From: Octopus vulgaris
Lineage: Eukaryota
Length of the DNA: 64,000 nucleotides
Assembly: GCA_951406725.2 (NCBI GenBank)
Contig: OX597837.1
Span: forward strand, 6,200,001-6,264,000
Direction of reading: 5' to 3'
Shown here: piece by piece, positions 39,310 to 64,000 of the stretch
Layout: each line of letters opens with the position of its first letter
How positions within the stretch are numbered: position 1 is the stretch's first letter
The notes under the pieces: generated by a model
Told to the model about the DNA's origin: nothing
Databases searched by the model: none
What the model saw: only the letters and a program-made list of their open reading frames with translations
Translations under genes and position numbers: made by a program

Positions 39310-39765
39310 TATTGGTTTGTCCGGAAAGTTCGTGCAGATTTTTAAAGGAATGAATAGTGTCAATAAATACTTGCCATTAGATTTTTAATGAACCATTTTG
39401 TTGCACAATGTCTCTCCATCTTTCCTTAACTTGAAAATACCTTCTTCCCAGAATTGAGGTGGTTTCATGGCAAATAATTCATCAAGGTGTCAATAAATAC
39501 TTGCCATTAGATTTTTAATGAACCATTTTGTTGCACAATGTCTCTCCATCTTTCCTTAACTTGAAAATACCTTCTTCCCAGAATTGAGGTGGTTTCATGG
39601 CAAATAATTCATCAAGGTGTCTTTTTACGTCATCCAAATAATTGACATTTTTACCATTAAGACTATTCTGCAGACACCTGAATAAGTGGAAATCCGAAGG
39701 AGCAATATCAGGTGAATGTGGAGGGTGAGGTAACACATCCCAGACGAGCTGCAGCAATTTTTGTC
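39310..39765 (-). mobile_element. Mariner 3' fragment with 130 bp internal tandem duplication, adjoining a family B SINE
   Basis: Same TIR as 25933 and [26 protein letters not shown] at 39361 and 39491. Confidence 0.88.
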
Positions 39766-39780
39766 TGGATAGATTGATAA

Positions 39781-39817
<37 letters not shown>

Positions 39818-39823
39818 CTGATG

Positions 39824-39904
<81 letters not shown>

Positions 39905-41389
39905 AATTCTTCACGCTTCTAATATTCAGGTAATTGATTTTTCGACATTTCAAGACGTCTTCTTTATGCTTTCGTTATTTGTTTTCTGCTACCGTGTTAA
40001 TTGTCTACTTCCAAAATTACATTTGTATTTTTTTGTTTTTTTGTGATCATTCATGTGATGAATTCTGGCAAATTCACTGGTCGGGTTAACTCAGTTGGAG
40101 GGTTATTTTATTACATCCATTTCTCTCAATTTTCGTTTTCATCTTTTATTTCATTGTGGGTAACATATTTCGAACTAATCCCGGGCGATTGCTTTCCTAT
40201 GCCATTTCTTCACGCTTTGTGTCTTTTCGTTTGGTCAATTCATTATTCATATCTACTTTCATATGTATTGACTCTTCGTTGGCTTCTGTCTGGTGTCGCT
40301 AAAGAACGTTAATCTATCGTTATATTCTTTATTTTTACTTATTATATCTGGTATTTCTAAATTGTTATATATTGCAGTTATTCATTTTGCTGTTCATCAT
40401 GTTTTGCGAGACAGATGTAAAAAAAGTTGTACTGATGTCGCTAAAATTTACGTGCTGTTGCCACTATTACATCATCAAATATTTACAGTGTTTTTAGCCT
40501 TGACATGTTCATGAAAATAAAATTTTTACGTACTCGTTATGCAAGCATTCATACTACATGACTACGACATATTTTTCTATAAAGCATACGGAAGAGGGAG
40601 ATGCATTGTACCTAATTTCATTCAGTGTGATACCATCTTTGTTCGGCCAGCCTATATTTATAAGTATTATATTGTCCTACAAGTCCCAAATGTACTTCGA
40701 CAGCGTGGCTGTATTTATTCCCTAGATATTGCGGAATGATTATATGTGATGTTTGTACCAGGCTTTGAACATACTGCTTGTTTTCCGTTGTAGTTTTTAT
40801 TCGATTCCCCCTCCTTCCTCCTATTTTACGTAATATTAATTTTTACCGGTCTCCACTTAAACGGGGCAGCGTCAATCCATTGCATTCGCACTTGTTTCTT
40901 GTTACTCAATGTATGTTTGTTGATATTTAGTTAATGATATTTTGGATGAGTTCATGGTGTGCCTTGCGCAACTGTAACAAACAACGTGCTGTTTCTGAAA
41001 GAACTGAAAATACTATAAAACAGTTGATGTCTTTAACAAGAAGAATACCGCAAACAATCAGCTATGCGGAATATTTGTTAATGAATGGTAATAATAACCA
41101 GTGTGAACGGTGAATATTTAGAGAGAGAGAGAGAGCGAGAGGGAGCGAGAGGGAGAGAGAGACAGACAGAGCAAAAACGAGAGGGAGAGAGAGTACGAAA
41201 GAAAGAGAGACATACACGAACAGAGTCATAGATAGACAGAGTGAGAGAGAGGGGGAGAGAGTGAGGGTGTATGTGTGTGTGAGAGAGAGAGAGAGAGAAA
41301 TCAATAACTTGCTTTTGAAATGAGCGTCTCTATCTTACACCTTCCGTCACGTTGAAATTCGATTTTTAATTATTCTCGCTAACAATCAA

Positions 41390-52560
<11,171 letters not shown>

Positions 52561-52721
52561 GTTGTTATACTGAGTAGGAGTTGTGATAGATCGCGGTGTC
52601 ACGGCGTGGTTCTTATAATTTCGGTTAAAGTCGATTTATAGAAAGAAATGCATTCGTACGGGTGCGCGTACACACACAAACACACACATATCAAACATTT
52701 ATACATATATATATGTATATG

Positions 52722-52787
<66 letters not shown>

Positions 52788-52825
52788 TATATAAATACAT
52801 ATATATGTATATATATATGTATATT

Positions 52826-52858
<33 letters not shown>

Positions 52859-52889
52859 GTATGTATATATATCTATATATATATATATA

Positions 52890-52975
<86 letters not shown>

Positions 52976-54046
52976 TTATATAAAGGCGGTGCTCCCCAGC
53001 ATGGACACAGTCAAATGACTGAAACAAGTAAAAGAGTAAAAGAGAGTATATATCGTCTATCTATCTATATATCTAACTGTCTGTTTGTCTATCTATCTAT
53101 CTATTTATCTGTCTATGTATCTATTATCTTCTATCTATTTATGTATATATGTATGTATTTATCTATCTATCAGTCTATCAATCTGTATGTGTGCGCGTGT
53201 GTGTGTACATAAATACATGTATATCGTATGCATACAATATATGCACACGTACCTAAACACATTTATGTATGTTCGTATATGCTTGCGTGTGTATATATAT
53301 ATATATACACACACACGTGTCTGTTGGGTGTGTGCTTGTGTGATATGTTCAGTAAATCGAAAACGTTCGCAATTAGGTTGATGACAGCTTACACAAAAAT
53401 CAGGCTTCGTGAGTCGTGTAGGTTAAGAAAATATTATTTATCAGAGAAAAATGAAATAAGAAAAATATAAACAAATAACTAAGCTCTCCAGCACCCATAA
53501 CAACAATAATATAATGTAATAAAACTAAAGCATAGATAATTATTAAAAAGTAAAACAAAATAAGACTCGAAGTAAAACATGCTAGCAAAGGCATTCGTCG
53601 AAACGGTAAGAATTAGTAAGAAGTATTGTCATGTTGATATTTTTTGCAGGGATACATTGATGCGAAATGTCGTTTATACTGTACCGTATCACATACAAAC
53701 GTACATGCATACGGGCATGCATAAATACATATCATCGGTGATATGAACATATGTTTGAAAGTCAAAGAGAAAGAGGATAATTCTGGACAAAAACTTCGAA
53801 ACGTCTATACTAATAAATAATATTGTGTAACAAAATGTTTCTTACTTTCTTATTTATTTTCCTGTCTTTTTGGGTAGCAAGTGTTATTTCGTGTTTGCTT
53901 CTATCTAAAAGATCAAATGAAATGACTACCGTTTTTTTACATCCTTTTCTTTCTTTCTGTCTTTCTTTCTTTCTTTAAGAGTCAGGTTTTTGCTGCTATT
54001 TTTAGCATAGTGCTATCTCTTAGGTACCCTTAATTATGTATTTTTT

Positions 54047-54441
54047 TTACTTGTTTCAGTCATTTGAGTGCGGCCATGCTAGAGCACCGCCTTTAGTCGA
54101 GCAAATCGACCCCAGGACTTATTCTTTTTTGTAAGCCCAGTACTTATTCTATCGGTGTCTTTAGCCGAATCGCAAGTGACGGGGACGTAAACACACCAGC
54201 ATCGGCTGTCAAGCAATGCTAGGGGGACAAACACAGACACACAAACACACACACACACATATATACATACATATATACATATATACGACAGGCTTCTTTC
54301 AGTTTCCAAATCCACTCACAAGGCATTGGTCGGCCCGGGGCTATAGCAGAAGACACTTGCCCAAGATGCCACGCAGTGGGACTGAACCCGGAACCATGTG
54401 GCTGGTTAGAAAGCTACTTACCACACAGCCACTCCTGCACC
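54047..54441 (-). mobile_element. Full-length SINE family A
   Basis: Reverse-complement homolog of 36438-36858. Confidence 0.85.
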
Positions 54442-54449
54442 TATATACT

Positions 54450-54514
<65 letters not shown>

Positions 54515-54606
54515 AAGTATGTATATTTACATGATTGTCTATGAATGTATGTACGTATGAATGTATGCATGTATGTATGCATGTATCTACCTACCCACCT
54601 ACCTAC

Positions 54607-54673
<67 letters not shown>

Positions 54674-54980
54674 CACAGACGCGCGCACGCACACACTGAC
54701 ACACACATACATGTATACACATATACAACGGTGTGGTTCTGCAAGATGTTGTTTACTCTCGCAATGAACGGTTGTCTTGTAATTCATCACGAAAGGTCAT
54801 CATTGCTTCATTTCTTTCTCTCTTTTTTTCTTTCATTTTTCTTTCTTCTTTTTTTCTTTTTTCTTTCCTCTTTCAGTTCGATTATTGCAAATTTAAAACC
54901 GAAGACTTTGCTGTCTCTTCTCTCATATCCACATCGCCATCTTAAAGCAACAACAACAACAACAACAACAACTACTACTT

Positions 54981-55045
<65 letters not shown>

Positions 55046-55338
55046 GTTACTGCTGCTTCCTGCCAAATTTAAAACGCTGTGATATTCCTCACGAAATTCT
55101 AAACGTTACTTTAATTCTACCTACGTTTCTGCTTTGGTCTTCTCGCAGACACTTCAAGCATCCAGACTTACATATAGGTATGCATACATATATTCATTCA
55201 TGCGTATAAACGGATATGCGTGCATACATACATACATTCATACATGCATGCATACGCATATATATATATTCATATGTGCATGTGTCGTACGCACGTAACC
55301 CACCGCCCTCTCTCTTTCATAATCGCTTTATGCATTTG

Positions 55339-55384
<46 letters not shown>

Positions 55385-55462
55385 TATATATATATATATA
55401 TTTATATTTATATGTAAATACATATATATATGTATATATGTATGTATATACATGTATATATA

Positions 55463-55527
<65 letters not shown>

Positions 55528-56026
55528 ATATATACACACACGCATATACATATGTTTGTCTCAAACATCACTATCTCTCTCACATAAATATCACATACAA
55601 AAGAGCACACATTCTCTCATTCGCTCTTCTTCTCTCTGTCTGTCTTTCCATCTCTTTCTTTCTCTCTCTCTCTCTCACTCAATATCTCTACCACTCTCAC
55701 TGTAACTCTCATCATAAATTTCCTCTTCCCCCCTCCCTCCCTCTATCATCTATGCCTTCCTAACTACCTACCTACCTACCTACCTACCTATCTACCAGCC
55801 TCGAATCAGTTTATGTTGATGTTTATGTAGAGGCTGGCGCTGCACCTGCTCATTTTTCAGAACGGCTACAGGAACAATCTTGTGACAGCTTGCGAGCTTT
55901 GGTAAATGATTGATCTGTCTGTGCTTCTATGTTTTTAAAGTCAGAGAAAATCTGCCAAGATTTGAATTGCAAGGAAACTCCGGCTTTTAAGTAGATGGCT
56001 ATTTGTGTATGTGTATGAGTATAGAT

Positions 56027-56094
<68 letters not shown>

Positions 56095-56194
56095 GGATAG
56101 ATAAATAGAGAGATAGATAGATAGAGACAGACAGACAGACAGACAGATAGATAGAGATAGATAGATAGATAGATATATAGATAGATAGATAGAT

Positions 56195-56252
<58 letters not shown>

Positions 56253-56345
56253 CAGACTGATAGATAGAAAGATAGATAGATAGATAGAAAGATAGGTAGA
56301 TAGATAGATAGGTAGATAGTTAGATAAACAGACAGACAAATAGAT

Positions 56346-56651
56346 AGGAACCCTATGAAGGATACATCTTATTTGTTTAAGTGTACACTGTATTTATATG
56401 AATATTGACTAATTTAGTCTATTGACTAATTTTTCTACAACGCAAGGCCACTGGTAGTAAAAATTTCTTAAAATCTTTATTACCCTGATATTATTAATTA
56501 TTGATAATTTTCTCTTGCGCGTACTTTGATCTCGGCGTACCTGTTGATGAAGACTTCGCATAGCAAATGATTTTATTTGCTAAAAATGAGTCAGAAACGA
56601 TGCGTGAAAGGAATCCTATGAAGGATACCTGTTATATATTTAAATGTACAT

Positions 56652-56657
<6 letters not shown>
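56346..56657 (+). mobile_element. Tandem-repeat element with degenerate hammerhead (family H7, H3-like fold)
   Basis: Direct repeat AGGAA(C/T)CCTATGAAGGATAC at 56346 and 56609. TTGATGA-A-GACT..TAGCAAAT..ATTTGCTA..AGTC-A-GAAA-CGATGCG at 56544-56604. Ends in (TA)n. Confidence 0.55.
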
Positions 56658-56690
<33 letters not shown>

Positions 56691-56872
56691 ACACCAAGTA
56701 AGTTAGGGGTTGTGGATCCAACCCACTAAGGGATAATACTTATCCAATATACTGTTGGTATGATACCCAAATTATTAATACACAAGTGTTTTTAATTGCA
56801 ATGCAATTAACTTACCTAAGGATTTTTAAAAATTGTACTCTTATCTTATATGTATTGAATTTTAATGTATAT

Positions 56873-56971
<99 letters not shown>

Positions 56972-57071
56972 CATGGTTTTCGTTTTGTTAAATATACAAG
57001 TCAACATTCTAATATCCAAAAGCTGATAAACCAACTAAATTTGTTCTCCATTTTCTTATTTGTAATATATT

Positions 57072-57187
<116 letters not shown>

Positions 57188-58443
57188 AATAGATGCATAA
57201 AGAGAAAGAAAGGGACACTGCGCCAGCATTTAATGGTACATTTTATCTGATTTAATTGGAAGAGTATGAAATGAAACACGAATGGACGCAATGCAGTGTC
57301 CAGTCCAGGAATCGAACTTATGTTCTGATGCACAAAAGTGGTTTCCGCACGATAACTTTAAAGATGTGTATCACCATGAAGATAAAGAAAACAAATTTTG
57401 GCGCGTTATAAAGTTTAGGCTTATCGACTTCAATAAATGTTAACAGAGTATCGGTAGTAAACATATCTTCCAACACGTAATCCTTAAAATTAAAACGTTT
57501 CCATTTTACATTTAGGGAATAATCGTAATCACTACACACACACATATATATATATATATACATAAGCACATACACAGACACACACATATGTGTGTGAGCG
57601 TGTGAGAGTGTGTGTCGGGTGTATGAATGTGTGCGTGTGTCTGTGCAGTGGTTTAATAACCTTAGAAATGAACTCTAATATAAATTCACCCAGCTTGACA
57701 TTATGGATTATTATCTCTCCATTATCAAGACTTTACTTAAAAAAGGGATTAACATTCTCTAGTAATTGCATATCCATTAGTGTACCCATTATTAGAATCC
57801 TTATGCAAGCAATAAATCCGTATTATCTGTCGATAACAGAATAAACAAAAATGTCCTCCCTTATTTTGGTTTCACTTCGGTTATCTTGGTTTCAAAGAAT
57901 TCCACGAACATTTACGTATTAACTTAGTTTTATATCTTACTTCTGCAAGACAATAAATTCTGTGGATTACAAAATGGCAGGCATTGCAATTATGGCATCG
58001 TAAATCCATGTTGCATGTATACACAATAAGCTGGTAGATATGGAAACATCTTTCTTAATTTGACTTCATTTTTGTATTACGTTTGCAAGATTCTTGATGT
58101 CAGTTCGTCAGGTGAAACAAATCCCGTTGCGCCTTGGGATAGTCAATATGCCAATAATAATTATAGTAACAAGAGCACTGAGCGAGTGCAAGCCTCCGCC
58201 AACGCAACACCAATGTCTTCTCAACGATAAAACGGGGATGATTTTTTAAATGAGAATATCTGAAATAAACTCGACTGCTTTCACAAACGAGAATATAGAT
58301 CGGTGTATACAATTATGTATAAATGTAAATATACTGAAAAGTGTTAATATGTATGTATAATATATAATATAAGGGAGGTAATCAGAGAAAGACTTGAAAG
58401 TCAACGTAAGATCGTAATACTTCATGTAAAGTAAAGGAAATAT

Positions 58444-58813
58444 AACAAGAGGACTCAGGGAGCACACAGCTCCGCCAAGGCAACACCAATGTCCTCTCAA
58501 CGATTAGTCAGAGATGATTTTTAAAGTTAGAATATTTAAAATAAATTTGGCTGCTCTCACAAAGGAGAATACTGAAAATGTGCCCGACCGCTCTCAAAAA
58601 TTAAGTGGAATAACAAGAATAATAACCCAGAATTCTTGTCCTATATCGGATCGATCCCAAAATTTTATCTTTTCGCGTCAGTTACGAGGTCAAACATCCC
58701 TGAAAGTTTCATTCGAATCCATCGAGCGATTCTTGAGATATTTAGTCCACAAGCACACAAACAAAGGTACACGAGGAAAAGCAATACCCCCGCCGTCTGT
58801 AAGGTGGAGGTAA
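58444..58813. mobile_element. Helentron-associated (DINE-1/HINE-like) non-autonomous element; duplicate at 59865-60234
   Basis: AACAAGAG start, subterminal CTCCGCC, AAAGTTTCAT..AATCC..GAGAT core, short ACAA repeat, terminal hairpin CCCCGCC..GGTGGAGG. Partial copy at ~58168-58295. Confidence 0.6.
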
Positions 58814-58932
58814 TAATAATAGCAACAATAAAAACACGCACTGGCGTGATTTTATTGGTATTGGCATAGTGACCCTCCCAAGATACGACAAGATTTCTGC
58901 CAGTTCGCGACTTCGAGACATTTTATAATATA

Positions 58933-59318
58933 CAGTGATACCTCGCAGTACGGGTTTAATTCGATCCATGATTCAGTTCGCCTTAAGATTTACACGTTTT
59001 GCAAATCAATTTTCTCCATTGAAATTAACTAAAGTATAATTAATACGTTCCAGCTCCGAAGGAGAAAAATGAAAAATATTTTTTTGTGGGTTTTAAAACA
59101 GAAAATGTGTAGTTAGAAGTAAAATGACAATTGTAAAAAAGAGACTGCAAAAGAAATATGTAAACTGGATTTATTAACTGAATTACCTGAAAGATGGGAC
59201 GATTTGTGCGCTCGTACCGAGGATTTAAGCTCGTACTTCAAGACAAGAATTTGCATGAGTTTCGGCTCGTACAGCAGATTACTCATACGCTGGGCACTCG
59301 TACTACGAGGTTCTACTT
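58933..59318. mobile_element. pogo/Tigger-like MITE; duplicate at 60357-60742
   Basis: Imperfect TIRs CAGTGATACCTCGCAGTACG / CGTACTACGAGGTTCTACTT with TA flanks. Confidence 0.6.
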
Positions 59319-59459
59319 TATATACAAAAATTTCAAAAATTCACAAGAATTTCTATAATTTAATTCTTTGTTTTGGTCTTAAATGATGAATCTTCACCTT
59401 TAAAACAGCATCTTTTAGAATGAAGATTAATTGAAAATTTTAATTTATTGAAAATAAAA

Positions 59460-59505
<46 letters not shown>

Positions 59506-59587
59506 CCGTGTGTCCCGGCATGTATATATATATAGACAGATAGGCAGATAGACAGATAGATGGATCAATATATAGATAGAGAGCGAC

Positions 59588-59641
<54 letters not shown>

Positions 59642-60883
59642 ATAGATAAATAGACAGATAGATAGATATGTTTCTTTATTAGCCACACAGGGCTGCACAC
59701 AGATAGAACGAGAATATAGATCGGTGTATACAATTATGTATAAATGTAAATATACTGAAAAGTGTTAATATGTATGTATAATATATAATATAAGGGAGGT
59801 AATCAGAGAAAGACTTGAAAGTCAACGTAAGATCGTAATACTTCATGTAAAGTAAAGGAAATATAACAAGAGGACTCAGGGAGCACACAGCTCCGCCAAG
59901 GCAACACCAATGTCCTCTCAACGATTAATCAGAGATGATTTTTAAAGTTAGAATATTTAAAATAAATTTGGCTGCTCTCACAAAGGAGAATACTGAAAAT
60001 GTGCCCGACCGCTCTCAAAAATTAAGTGGAATAACAAGAATAATAACCCAGAATTCTTGTCCTATATCGGATCGATCCCAAAATTTTATCTTTTCGCGTC
60101 AGTTACGAGGTCAAACATCCCTGAAAGTTTCATTCGAATCCATCGAGCGATTCTTGAGATATTTAATCCACAAGCACACAAACAAAGGTACACGAGGAAA
60201 AGCAATACCCCCGCCGTCTGTAAGGTGGAGGTAATAATAATAGCAACAATAAAAACACGCACTGGCGAGATTTTATTGGTATTGGCATAGTGACCCTCCC
60301 AAGATACGACAAGATTTCTGCCAGTTCGCGACTTCGAGACATAATATTATAATATACAGTGATACCTCGCAGTACGGGTTTAATTCGATCCATGATTCAG
60401 TTCGCCTTAAGATTTACACGTTTTGCAAATCAATTTTCTCCATTGAAATTAACTAAAGTATAATTAATACGTTCCAGCTCCGAAGGAGAAAAATGAAAAA
60501 TATTTTTTTGTGGGTTTTAAAACAGAAAATGTGTAGTTAGAAGTAAAATGACAATTGTAAAAAAGAGACTGCAAAAGAAATATGTAAACTGGATTTATTA
60601 ACTGAATTACCTGAAAGATGGGACGATTTGTGCGCTCGTACCGAGGATTTAAGCTCGTACTTCAAGACAAGAATTTGCATGAGTTTCGGCTCGTACAGCA
60701 GATTACTCATACGCTGGGCACTCGTACTACGAGGTTCTACTTTATATACAAAAATTTCAAAAATTCACAAGAATTTCTATAATTTAATTCTTTGTTTTGG
60801 TCTTAAATGATGAATCTTCACCTTTAAAACAGCATCTTTTAGAATGAAGATTAATTGAAAATTTTAATTTATTGAAAATAAAA

Positions 60884-60919
<36 letters not shown>

Positions 60920-61001
60920 CCGTGTGTCCCGGCATGTATATATATATAGACAGATAGGCAGATAGACAGATAGATGGATCAATATATAGATAGAGAGCGA
61001 C

Positions 61002-61059
<58 letters not shown>

Positions 61060-61073
61060 ATAGATAAATAGAC

Positions 61074-61162
<89 letters not shown>

Positions 61163-61193
61163 GATATATAGATAGATAAATAGATAAATAGAC

Positions 61194-61314
<121 letters not shown>

Positions 61315-61333
61315 AATCGATAGATAGATAGAT

Positions 61334-61366
<33 letters not shown>

Positions 61367-63861
61367 TGTTTCTTTATTAGCCACACAGGGCTGCACACAG
61401 ATAGAACAAATTACAAGGTAGAGCTTTTCTTTTGGAGGTAAAAAAAAAAAAAGGAGGGGTGTTCGATCAAAAGGGATTGTAAAAGGAGAGAAAGAGGACA
61501 AAAAAAAGGGTGGTTAAAAAAAGGGGGAGAGGAAAAAAATTGATCAATAGGGATCGTTATCACAGAAATGTCAATATGAAGTGTAAAGGGGAGGACAGGT
61601 GAGGTTTACCCGTGGAAAGAAAAGCCTACGGAAAAGACCACGGTAACCTCGGTCAATGAAGTCACATGTTATATTTCTTTCTTTTATTTTATTGTTTTTT
61701 GCAAATAAGCAACTCTCTGTATTAATTTTTATGGTTCATAGAATCATAGTCAAGGTGGCTTCGTCATTCATACGTGCCATCCTTGCTACATTCACCCATC
61801 TTTTTTTAAAACATTCACTAGACAAAACTTGCCTCTCTACTCTCACTTTCCTCCTCAAGTGATACTTGAAGAAGTTGATGAGAGATTGACCAGAGAGGAA
61901 AGTGTTTGTCTCTAATCCTTTCAGGCGCGTCCACCAGATACATTCTTTCGCCATAGCCACAAGTATGATAAAAATAGCTCTTCCTTCCCGTTTGAAGGAA
62001 GGAGGCGTGACGATATTAACGATAGACTCGGCTGATAAACCGACACGTCCCACAAGTGACAGCAGTCGTTCGACATAAGCCCACAGGTGGGAAATTGCTG
62101 GACACTGCACAATTGCGTGCAGAGCGGTTTCGTCGCTCTGCCCGCATCTCGGGCAGGTCGGCCCCGTGTTTCTCGAGCCATGCCTATAGAGCTTATCCCG
62201 AACGGGTAGCGCTTCTCGGTAGCACCGCCAGGCCAGGGATCTCTGGAAGTTGTCCATAGGTGCCGGGCCGAAAGTCGTTTGAAACAGGCGGGTCAGGTAT
62301 TCCTCGTCGACGCCCAGGTTTGCCCCGAGATCGTCGTCGTACCTCCCCTCCACTAATCCCCTATAGAATGCTTTGGTTGTGTTGAAGTCACTCAAGGTCG
62401 ACCCGGGACGGCAGAGTTGCTTGAGAGCAACGCGACACTCGCGGTGCCATTCGCCCTTCCTCGGCCTCTTTTTGATCCACGACTGCAGTTCGGTCATGGA
62501 GACAAGTTGCGGGAATGCGTGCCTCACAAACGGCGACCACACCTGTTCACCGTCGTCTACATAGAGCCGGAGATGTCGCAGTCTCAGCGCGTGTCTGCGC
62601 ATCATCAACCACGGCATGCCCAGCCCTCCTTTTAACGGGTGTTGACAGCAAATGGATCGCCTGACCATCGGGACGCATCCTTTCCACAAGAAGCGGAAGA
62701 GGATGCGTTCTAGTTTGGTGATGGTAGGGTCGGGACAAGGTACGACGGTCAGGCGGTAGTAGATGATGGACGCGATGTACGCGTTCGCCACCTCCGCCCG
62801 ACCTTTTAGGGACAGTTTCCTCTCGGCCCATTGCTGGGCGAGAGTGACCACCCTACTCGTTATCTCGTTCCAGTTCTTCTCCATTTGGAGGTCCGGACCG
62901 AACCAGACCCCGAGCAACACAACCGGGCCGTCTGTCCAGCGTCCCACGACGGAGGTACTGGTGGACGGCATGGGCTTGCTTCTCCAGGTGCCGAGCCGCA
63001 AGCCCACTGACTTTTCCCGGTTGATTTTTGCTCCTGTCACCGCTTCGTAGTCTTTCAGTGTCTCGCCGACCCGCTCGATGTGCTCGTGGCTTGACACTAT
63101 GACGGTGACGTCGTCCGCGTATGCAGACACGCTCGTCCCGCATCCCAATTCTCGTGGGATGCCCCTCAGAGTCGCCAGCTTCCGCAGTAGTGGCTCAAGA
63201 GTCAATACGTATAGAAGCGCCGAGAGGGGGCATCCCTGATGGACCGAACGTGCAATGTCGAAAGGTCTCGATAGATGTCCATTCACGCGAATTACCGAAC
63301 GGATGCCTCTGTACAAGGCAGCTATCCAGCCGCGGAAGACGGGACCGAAACCAGCCGCTCTCAGGACTGCCTTCAAGTATCGATGGTCTACCCTATCGAA
63401 GGCTTTCGATTGATCCAAGTTGATCAGGGCCCCACCCATGCCAGGTTCGTTAACTACCCTGTCTATGATGTAGCGCATCAGATGGAGGTTGTCATGGATG
63501 CTCCGGCCCGGCACGGCGCACGTTTGTGCGTTGTCGACCAGTTTCTCGATGACAAGCGCCAACCTTTGTCAAAATTTTTAGGTCTGCATTGAGCAGAGTG
63601 ATTGGTCTAAAGTTATCTATAATGTTCCCCTTGTTTGGATCTTTCTTCAGCAGTGTTACAGCTCCTCGACTCACAAAACTGGGTATGCTCTCGTTTTGCT
63701 GCCAGTTGCAGCATACTGCTGCCAAGACGTCTCCAAACAAGTCTGGCATACAATTGTAAAACTCGTAGGGTAGACCATCCAAACCCGGTGATTTGTCCCT
63801 CGAGCATTCTGCTATCGCTTCCTGCACTTCCGCCGCCGTAATGGCACCTTCGCAGCACCCT
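61367..63861 (-). mobile_element. 5'-truncated Tx1-like (L1 group) LINE inserted in (GATA)n
   Basis: GC-rich 2.5 kb block with an RT ORF and 3' UTR. (GATA)n directly abuts both ends. Confidence 0.92.
61736..63860 (-). pseudogene. LINE ORF2 reverse transcriptase, truncated and frameshifted near 63565
   Basis: KSPGLDGLP, NFRPITLLNAD, LDQSKAFDRV, QGCPLS, YADD and a C-terminal CPRC..H...C knuckle. The endonuclease domain is absent. Confidence 0.93.
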
Positions 63862-63941
<80 letters not shown>

Positions 63942-64000
63942 TTAGATAATTTAAACAGGCGGAAAACATAAGATGCAATAAATCAGTGTATAGTAATCAT

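Noticed and set aside
58514-60810. Pairs of identical short ORFs
   Set aside because: They are by-products of the tandem duplication over non-coding transposon sequence.

Overview
This is AT-rich, microsatellite-saturated eukaryotic DNA with no intact host protein-coding gene that I can support. The SINE families and repeat content suggest an octopus (coleoid cephalopod) genome, which is an inference. Almost every entry in the ORF track is a translation of simple repeats. Recognisable parts are several tRNA-derived SINE families, mariner/Tc1/pogo-type and 8-bp-TSD MITEs, a Helentron-associated element, a full-length divergent 5S rRNA copy, decayed CR1-, HERO-, R4- and RTE-type LINE fragments, a young 5'-truncated Tx1-like LINE sitting in (GATA)n, and several local duplications. 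The main hidden signal is a set of at least six sequence-distinct short non-coding elements inserted in or beside (TA)n tracts. Most are fold-back palindromes or tandem repeats, and they carry type I minimal hammerhead-ribozyme motifs (CUGAUGA or CCGACGA ... GAAA ... UH). They look like non-autonomous Penelope-like or retrozyme elements.
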